Positions 20,668 through 26,928 of a stretch of DNA of 64,000 bases are shown one piece after another (position 1 is the first letter of the stretch; every line of letters begins with the position of its first letter). The DNA comes from Trueperaceae bacterium (GTDB taxonomy: Bacteria > Deinococcota > Deinococci > Deinococcales > Trueperaceae). The DNA lies in assembly GCA_030147925.1 (NCBI GenBank), contig JASBUK010000016.1:15713-79712 (forward strand), given 5' to 3'. Below the pieces are notes generated by a model. That model searched no databases, had not been told where the DNA came from, and saw only the letters and a list, made by a program, of their open reading frames with translations. Position numbers and translations under genes: made by a program.

Positions 20668-20726
20668 TATGAGATTCCTTTTGCAGGGTTATCAACTTAC
20701 TTTAGTGTAACCGGTGAGGTGACTTC

Positions 20727-21788
20727 CTAAGATATGACCAAAGCCTTCAACCCACTAATAACTGCTTTAGTAAAAGCTGCCGTGTTGCGGCTACCGCCCA
20801 AATCCTTGGTCGGGTCGTCGCTTAGGGCCTGCTGCACTGCTTTTTCCAGAGCGTCGGCTGCGCTGCTTTGCTTTAGCCCGTGACGCAACATTAAGGCTGC
20901 CGAGAGCATGGTGCCCACCGGATTGGCGATGCCCTTACCGGCAATATCCGGGGCGCTGCCGTGAACCGGTTCAAAGAGGCCGGTGCCTGCGCCCAAACTG
21001 GCCGAGGGTAGCAAGCCAAGCGAGCCGGGGATAACCGCGGCTAAGTCAGAGAGAATATCACCAAAGAGATTGCCGGTTACTACCACGTCAAACTGTTTGG
21101 GGTCACGAGCTACCTGCATAGCAGCATTGTCAATATACAGGTGGTCAAGCTCAATATGGGGATACTCGCTCTGCTGTACACCAATGACGACATCACGCCA
21201 GAACTGTGAGACATCCAAGACATTGGCCTTATCCACACTGGTGACTTTGCCGCCGCGCTCTTTAGCGGCCTCAAAAGCCACCCGGGCGATGCGCTCGACT
21301 TCCGGTTTTTGATAAACCATGGTCGAGAGACCTTCGGTACTTAAGTTGTGCGAGGGTTTGCCAAAGTAAATGCCGCCGGTGAGTTCGCGGACAATCAGCA
21401 TATCGGTGCCCTTAGCAACCTCGGATTTTAGCGGTGAGAGGTGCTCGAGCCCGGCAAAGACTTTAACAGGCCGCAAATTGCTGAATACGCCTAAGTGCTT
21501 GCGCAAGGCCAGTAAACCGGTTTCGCAACGCAGCTCGCGGGGTAGTTTGTCCCATTTAGGGCCACCGACTGCACCAAGAAAGACGGCATCGGCATCTTTA
21601 AGTGCCCCTTTTAGCTGCTCAGGGAAAGGGTGACCGTCACTGTCAATGGCTACGCCACCAAAGCGATGATGATGAACGCTAAGCCCAAAGCCGTACTGCT
21701 TAGCTAAATGGTCAAGCACGCTCAGCGAGGTATCAACCACTTCCGGACCGATACCGTCTCCGGCTAAAACTGCAATCTGGTAATTCAT
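20727..21788 (-). CDS. leuB: 3-isopropylmalate dehydrogenase
   Basis: 'IAVLAGDGIGPEV' and 'NLFGDILSD', 353 aa. Confidence 0.95.
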   Translation of the reverse strand: MNYQIAVLAGDGIGPEVVDTSLSVLDHLAKQYGFGLSVHHHRFGGVAIDSDGHPFPEQLKGALKDADAVFLGAVGGPKWDKLPRELRCETGLLALRKHLGVFSNLRPVKVFAGLEHLSPLKSEVAKGTDMLIVRELTGGIYFGKPSHNLSTEGLSTMVYQKPEVERIARVAFEAAKERGGKVTSVDKANVLDVSQFWRDVVIGVQQSEYPHIELDHLYIDNAAMQVARDPKQFDVVVTGNLFGDILSDLAAVIPGSLGLLPSASLGAGTGLFEPVHGSAPDIAGKGIANPVGTMLSAALMLRHGLKQSSAADALEKAVQQALSDDPTKDLGGSRNTAAFTKAVISGLKALVIS

Positions 21789-22567
21789 TTTTGTTCCTCC
21801 ATCACTTTAGGGCTGTTTTCTAAAGGTTTGGTCGCCAGCATAACGCCCAAAGGCAGGTCAAAGCTGACCGCGGTTTTGCCCTCAAATTTGAGATTCAGCG
21901 TGTTGCGTTCTGTAGGAGACGCGCTGAGAAAATGTTCGTATACGGTGCTGCGCTCCTCACTATCGAGATTGGCCCGGGCCAGCCAGGCGGCTACGTCGAT
22001 ATGGAGTCTGGTTCTGTCGTCACCGATAACCCAGTTTAGCTTAGCAGCACGTACAAAACCAAACCATTCCCGCAGCAGATAAGCCCGGTGGTGCTGGGCA
22101 TCACGCAGGTGCTCGAGCGCGTTAAACCAATCATCTATCTCGCTATTAGCGCTGACTTCATCGACAATGACCAAGCGTCCGCCTGGCTTGAGGATGCGCT
22201 TAACCTCGTCTAAAAAGCTTGGAATGCTGGCAAAATGATGGGCGGCATGCCTCACCGTTACAATGTCATAGGAGTTGGCCAGTAGGCCGGTGTCGTGCGC
22301 AAAGCCAAAGGCAAATTCCAGATTGTCAACCTGCTTAAAAGCGCCCATGGCTTGCCTTAGCATGCCCTCGGAGGAATCGATCCCCAAGACGTTGGCGGCA
22401 TATTTAGCCAGCGCCGCCGCCGTGTGTCCGGCGGCGGCGCCGATATCCACACAGCTGTCGCTCCAGGTTGGCCGGGCCAAGGCCAATAGTTTTTCCAGAC
22501 CTGGACCATACTTAAACATTTCGCTGTGGGCGTAGTGTTCGGCGCGTTCAGACCAGGTGGTGGGCAT
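21785..22567 (-). CDS. class I SAM-dependent methyltransferase (Methyltransf_11-like)
   Basis: 'CVDIGAAAGHTA' motif I and 'PGGRLVIVD'. Start moved to ATG 22567 (GAGG upstream). Its stop overlaps the leuB start (ATGA). Confidence 0.7.
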   Translation of the reverse strand: MPTTWSERAEHYAHSEMFKYGPGLEKLLALARPTWSDSCVDIGAAAGHTAAALAKYAANVLGIDSSEGMLRQAMGAFKQVDNLEFAFGFAHDTGLLANSYDIVTVRHAAHHFASIPSFLDEVKRILKPGGRLVIVDEVSANSEIDDWFNALEHLRDAQHHRAYLLREWFGFVRAAKLNWVIGDDRTRLHIDVAAWLARANLDSEERSTVYEHFLSASPTERNTLNLKFEGKTAVSFDLPLGVMLATKPLENSPKVMEEQK

Positions 22568-22583
22568 TATTAAACCTCTAACG

Positions 22584-23186
22584 TCAGTTTGCCAAATAAG
22601 GCAAGCCGGCGGCAGTTGCACTTATTTCTTTATCGGCATCTAAGAGTTCGACTATCGGGTCCCAGCGACCCTGGACAAGGGCGTCTTTGGCGGTGGGGCT
22701 GATGCTGATAGCAATGCTTTTATCGCCAAAGTTCAGGCGTTCATTTTCAAGATCAATAACTAGCTCAGTTTCGGGCTTTTCTTGTATCAGGGCCGCAATT
22801 TCCTGGATTTGTTCTTTTCCGGTGCTGATGCAGGGCATGCCCAGGGTGATGGAGTTGCCATAGAAGATTTCTGCAAAACTCTCGGCGATGACCGCCCGGA
22901 TGCCATAACGATACATAGCCTGTGGGGCGTGCTCACGGCTCGAGCCACAACCAAAATTGCTGTCAGCAATCAAGATACTGGCTTTAGCAAAGCGGGGGTC
23001 GTTTAGGGGATGTGCTTTTTCGCTGCCGTCTTCATTAAAACGCACGTCATAAAACATGTACTCGCCCAGGCCATCGAAGGTGACACATTTCATAAAGCGT
23101 GCCGGGATGATGCGGTCAGTGTCAATATCATCGCCAGGGATATAGACGGCCTTGCCGGAAATGCTGGTGATTTTAGCCAATGCCAT
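22584..23186 (-). CDS. leuD: 3-isopropylmalate dehydratase small subunit
   Basis: 'DDIDTDRIIPARF' and 'NFGCGSSREHAP'. Start moved to ATG 23186 (AGGAG upstream). Confidence 0.9.
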   Translation of the reverse strand: MALAKITSISGKAVYIPGDDIDTDRIIPARFMKCVTFDGLGEYMFYDVRFNEDGSEKAHPLNDPRFAKASILIADSNFGCGSSREHAPQAMYRYGIRAVIAESFAEIFYGNSITLGMPCISTGKEQIQEIAALIQEKPETELVIDLENERLNFGDKSIAISISPTAKDALVQGRWDPIVELLDADKEISATAAGLPYLAN

Positions 23187-23239
23187 AAAAACTCCTAAAA
23201 ATATTGTCAGATGCTTGAAAGTTTGGCAAGCACTCATTC

Positions 23240-23863
23240 TTAAGCTTCATTAGCGCCTACTTTGCTGCAGATCATGATGCCTGTGGACCAGTCTAAAAGG
23301 GTGGTATGAAAATCCGCTCGAGCTTCTAAAGCCGCTATTAGCTCTTTTAACTGCCCCGGCATTTGCCGCAGCACTTCAGCCGCTACACCTTTGATGTCGT
23401 TAAATTTTTCTTTATGCCGATTTTCCATGTCATCGACAATATAAATCCCGCCAGCGGCCAGCAGATTGAGCGCTAAGTCGCGGTGTTTTAGTTTGCCCGG
23501 CCAGGTATCGGCAAAGATGAGGTCAAACTTCTGCTCTTGCAGTGTTTGCAAAAGCTCATAGCCGTCTTGAGTATAGATGCTTAAACGCGGGTCGGCACCC
23601 AGGTATTTTGCGGCAACTGCCGTTAGCTCCGGGTTGTTGTCCACGGTTAAAAGGCTGGCCTGCTTATCCATGCCGTCAAGCAGCCAGGCGGTGGCTAAGC
23701 CCGTGCCGGTGCCGAGCTCGAGCAGCCTCCCCCCAAGCTTTGTTGCTGCCAGCGTTCGCAGCAGGCTGCCGGTCAGATAGTCCGAAGCCATGTCAAACCC
23801 AAGAGCCTTGGTTTCGGCTTCGATTGCTAAAACATTGGCGGGGACGGCGCTTGTATCTATCAT
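23240..23863 (-). CDS. class I SAM-dependent (O-)methyltransferase
   Basis: 'LLELGTGTGLAT' motif I and 'FDLIFADTWPGK'. It lies between leuC and leuD. Confidence 0.7.
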   Translation of the reverse strand: MIDTSAVPANVLAIEAETKALGFDMASDYLTGSLLRTLAATKLGGRLLELGTGTGLATAWLLDGMDKQASLLTVDNNPELTAVAAKYLGADPRLSIYTQDGYELLQTLQEQKFDLIFADTWPGKLKHRDLALNLLAAGGIYIVDDMENRHKEKFNDIKGVAAEVLRQMPGQLKELIAALEARADFHTTLLDWSTGIMICSKVGANEA

Positions 23864-23885
23864 GAGGCTCTCTTTAAGGTTGGTT

Positions 23886-25319
23886 TTAAGCTACTGCTCC
23901 GTGACCAAGCACAGCGAAAACTTCTCTGGCGTCACTGATTTCACCGGTTATAGCAGCCGCAACCACCATCACCGGACTCATCAACACAGTTCGGCCGTTG
24001 GGGCTGCCCTGACGTCCCTTAAAGTTACGATTGCTGGTACTGGCGCAGAGCTGGTCACCAATCAATTTGTCAGGGTTCATAGCCAGACACATTGAGCAGC
24101 CCGCTTCACGCCACTCAAAACCGGCTTCTTTAAAGACCTGGTCGATGCCCATTTCCGCGCATAATTGCGAAACAATCTGTGAACCGGGCACAGCAATGGC
24201 TTTCACCCCGGCCCTGACCTTGTGGCCCTCGAGATATTTGGCTGCCTCGACAAAATCCGATAATCGGCCATTGGTGCAACTGCCAAAAAAGGCGACATCA
24301 ATAGGAGTGCTCTTAATAGGCGCGTCGGGCGTAAGCTTCATGTGCTCCAAAGCCTCGGCCACAGCCGCCTTTTCGTTTGCAGGAACGCGCTCAACGCTAG
24401 GCACGCGCTCGTCAATAAAGATGGCCTGCCCGGGGTTGATGCCCCAGGTGACCGTTGGGGCAATATCCTCAGCGTGGATATTTACCACATCGTCGTAGTG
24501 GCAACCCGGATCGGATGCAATAGCCTGCCAGCGCTTTTTGGCTTCATCCCAGGCTTCTCCCTTAGGAGCATAAGGACGGCCCTGAAGATACTCAAAGGTG
24601 GTCTCATCCGGGTTGATATAGCCGCAGCGCGCTCCACCCTCGATAGACATATTGCAGACTGTCATTCGTTCTTCCATAGTCATGTGATCAAAGACGTCGC
24701 CACCGTATTCGTAGGCATAGCCCAGACCGCCTTTGACACCAAGTGTGCGGATGATGTGCAGAATCACGTCCTTGGCATATACTCCGGGGCCAAGCTCGCC
24801 GGAAACATTGATACGGCGAACCTTGAGTTTGCTCATGGCAATCGTTTGTGTAGCCAAAACGTCGCGCACCTGACTGGTGCCAATGCCAAAAGCTATGGCG
24901 CCAAAGGCACCGTGGGTCGAGGTGTGCGAGTCGCCGCAGGCAATGGTGGTGCCAGGTTGAGTAATACCTTGTTCGGGGCCGACCATATGCACAATGCCCT
25001 GTTTGCCACTGTGCAAATCAAAATAGGTAATGCCGAACTCTTCGCAGTTTTTGCGCAATTCCTTGATCATGGCATCAGCCAACGGGTCGTCAAAGGGCTC
25101 AGTGCGTTTATCGGTCGGAACAATATGGTCGACGGTGGCAAAGGTTCTACCTGGAAACCGCACCTTAAGGCCTAAGTCGCGCAGCATGCCAAACGCCTGT
25201 GGGCTGGTTACCTCGTGAATAAGGTGGGTACCGATAAGAAGCTGAGTTTGACCGTTTTGCAACGTTTTTACGCTGTGCGCTTCCCAGACTTTCTCGAAAA
25301 GATTTTTTGGCTCTGCCAT
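23886..25319 (-). CDS. leuC: 3-isopropylmalate dehydratase large subunit
   Basis: Aconitase-family motifs '[14 protein letters not shown]', 'GSCTNGR' and 'CSMCLAMN'. Confidence 0.95.
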   Translation of the reverse strand: MAEPKNLFEKVWEAHSVKTLQNGQTQLLIGTHLIHEVTSPQAFGMLRDLGLKVRFPGRTFATVDHIVPTDKRTEPFDDPLADAMIKELRKNCEEFGITYFDLHSGKQGIVHMVGPEQGITQPGTTIACGDSHTSTHGAFGAIAFGIGTSQVRDVLATQTIAMSKLKVRRINVSGELGPGVYAKDVILHIIRTLGVKGGLGYAYEYGGDVFDHMTMEERMTVCNMSIEGGARCGYINPDETTFEYLQGRPYAPKGEAWDEAKKRWQAIASDPGCHYDDVVNIHAEDIAPTVTWGINPGQAIFIDERVPSVERVPANEKAAVAEALEHMKLTPDAPIKSTPIDVAFFGSCTNGRLSDFVEAAKYLEGHKVRAGVKAIAVPGSQIVSQLCAEMGIDQVFKEAGFEWREAGCSMCLAMNPDKLIGDQLCASTSNRNFKGRQGSPNGRTVLMSPVMVVAAAITGEISDAREVFAVLGHGAVA

Positions 25320-25345
25320 TTTCTACACCTTTCTTAAAAAAACAA

Positions 25346-25367
25346 CCCCCGGCTTTTTGGCCGGGGG
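25346..25367 (-). terminator. intrinsic terminator / candidate attenuator 27 nt upstream of the leuC start
   Basis: Minus strand reads CCCCCGGC-caaaaa-GCCGGGGG followed by TTGTTTTTTT. It lies downstream of a strong promoter and upstream of the leuC RBS. Confidence 0.75.
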
Positions 25368-25393
25368 CAATTGCCTAATTTCACTTAAAGTGA

Positions 25394-25435
25394 TTAAGCG
25401 ACGACAGCCCCATTTATGACTAGTAAATTGGTCAT
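25394..25435 (-). promoter_or_regulatory. candidate leader peptide ORF MTNLLVINGAVVA*
   Basis: 13-codon ORF between the promoter and the terminator. Seven of its 13 codons are Leu, Val or Ile. The Shine-Dalgarno sequence is weak. Confidence 0.35.
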
Positions 25436-25482
25436 ATGCCAGTTAATTGAGCGCAGGCGTCGTCTAATTCGCATTGGCTAAG

Positions 25483-25511
25483 AGTATACGTGTCAGCTTA
25501 AGAGCTGTCAA
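25483..25511 (-). promoter_or_regulatory. near-consensus sigma70-type promoter for the leu operon
   Basis: Minus strand reads TTGACA (25511-25506), a 17-nt spacer, then TATACT (25488-25483). It lies just after the pilT stop. Confidence 0.6.
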
Positions 25512-25545
25512 CGCATCCCCACACAAGACTTGTTTGCTCAAGACT

Positions 25546-26730
25546 TTAGGTCCCGCGCCCGACACGGCCTGGCTGTTTGGTCGTGCTGACTTGCGGACGT
25601 TCGGCGGACTGACCTGCACCTTGGTCACTCCCGCTAACCCCGCCGGTCTCAACCAAGCGGATAAATTCCTTGGAGTCTACCGCCCGTGATATACCCATGT
25701 CGTAGCTGATTACACGCTTTAAGTGCAATTCCGCCAGACAGGCATCCATGGTGATCATGCCTAGTTGACCGCCCATTTGAATGACCGAGAGTATTTGGTG
25801 AGTCTTGCCCTCGCGGATGAGATTGCGAACCGCCGGCGTGGCCACTAAAAACTCATAGGCTAAGGCACGCCCTTCACCACCATTTTTGGGGATAAGCTGC
25901 TGTGTCAAGATGGCGGATAAGTTATTCGCCAACTGAACACGAATCTGAGCCTGCTGCGCTTCTGGAAAGACGTCAATGATACGGTCAACGGCCTCAGCCG
26001 CAGAATTGGTGTGTAGCGTTCCCATTACCAAGTGGCCGGTTTCTGCGGCGGTAACAGCCGCACCTATGGTTTCGTAGTCGCGCATTTCGCCAACCAAGAT
26101 AACGTCAGGTGCCTGGCGCAGTACCGAGCGCAATGCCCTGTGGAAATCTTGTGTGTCCTCACCAATTTCTCGCTGATTGACAACCGAAGACTTGTGCTGA
26201 TGGAAGAACTCAATGGGGTCTTCTACAGTAACAATGTGCTTGTGATACTCACGATTGATCAGATCAATCATTGTTGAGAGGGTGGTGGACTTACCCGAGC
26301 CAGTAGGGCCGGTTACCAGCACCAGTCCACGTGGTTGGCGTGCAATGTCTCCAATGGTTTTAGGGAGACCAAGTTGTTCAAAGGTCATTACTTCTTCGGA
26401 GATGAGGCGTAACACTCCCCCAACTGAACCGCGCTGAAAAAAGACATTCACCCGAAAGCGTCCGTGCCCACTTAGACTAAAGGAAAAGTCTAAGTCCTTG
26501 CTTTCCTCAAAAATACGCTGCTTTTTCTCATCCATCATCGAATACATGAGCCGACGTGTAATATTGGGGGAAAGAGGATCATACTCTGTTTGTCGCCATT
26601 CTCCATCAACACGCAGCATTGGGGGCAAGCCTACGGTCAGAATAAGATCGGAAGCCCGACGTTCGATGGCGAGTTTTAGTAAATCGACGATGTCTGCCTG
26701 AATTTGCGTGGCTTTTATCTGATCTGACAT
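25546..26730 (-). CDS. pilT: type IV pilus retraction ATPase
   Basis: Walker A 'GPTGSGKST', 'VGEMRD' and 'GHLVMGTLHT'. It has a low-complexity C-terminal tail of about 40 aa. Confidence 0.9.
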   Translation of the reverse strand: MSDQIKATQIQADIVDLLKLAIERRASDLILTVGLPPMLRVDGEWRQTEYDPLSPNITRRLMYSMMDEKKQRIFEESKDLDFSFSLSGHGRFRVNVFFQRGSVGGVLRLISEEVMTFEQLGLPKTIGDIARQPRGLVLVTGPTGSGKSTTLSTMIDLINREYHKHIVTVEDPIEFFHQHKSSVVNQREIGEDTQDFHRALRSVLRQAPDVILVGEMRDYETIGAAVTAAETGHLVMGTLHTNSAAEAVDRIIDVFPEAQQAQIRVQLANNLSAILTQQLIPKNGGEGRALAYEFLVATPAVRNLIREGKTHQILSVIQMGGQLGMITMDACLAELHLKRVISYDMGISRAVDSKEFIRLVETGGVSGSDQGAGQSAERPQVSTTKQPGRVGRGT

Positions 26731-26928
26731 AAATCTCCTGTTCCTTTAATGTTTATAGCGCTTGAGGCTTTTTTTTGCCGTGATCTTATCCATAAAATTA
26801 GGGCCCAATCCTACAGAAATTCATTTGCCCTGCAAATCTGGGTGGAAAGAGAGTTAGACTGGCAGCTTTTCATCGTTAAGAAATTAAGCTCTAATCAAAT
26901 AGCGCCCAGACTGAAATCTTGCCTGAGC

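Noticed and set aside
18896-20726. Target-site duplication flanking the RT island ('ctactttgggttta' at 18917 versus 'cttactttagtgta' at about 20696).
   Set aside because: Only about 6 contiguous matching bases (TACTTT) in AT-rich DNA, which is compatible with chance.
24342-25175. Long antisense ORFs inside well-supported genes. Examples are the 277-aa plus-strand ORF in leuC, the 240-aa ORF at 27535-28257 in pilB, the 217-aa ORF at 50114-50767 in sucCD, the 196-aa ORF at 6775-7365 in lepB, and the Arg/Cys-rich 168-aa ORF at 41610-42116 opposite hoxU.
   Set aside because: Each lies fully within a gene with strong family motifs on the other strand. Their composition is low-complexity and Arg/Ala/Gly-rich, as expected for antisense frames in GC-rich coding DNA, and they lack an RBS and recognisable domains.
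25368-25545. T-box riboswitch as the leu operon leader.
   Set aside because: I found no T-box consensus (AAUUAGGGUGGUACCGCG-like) or specifier-loop architecture on the minus strand. The leader, about 155 nt, is also too short.
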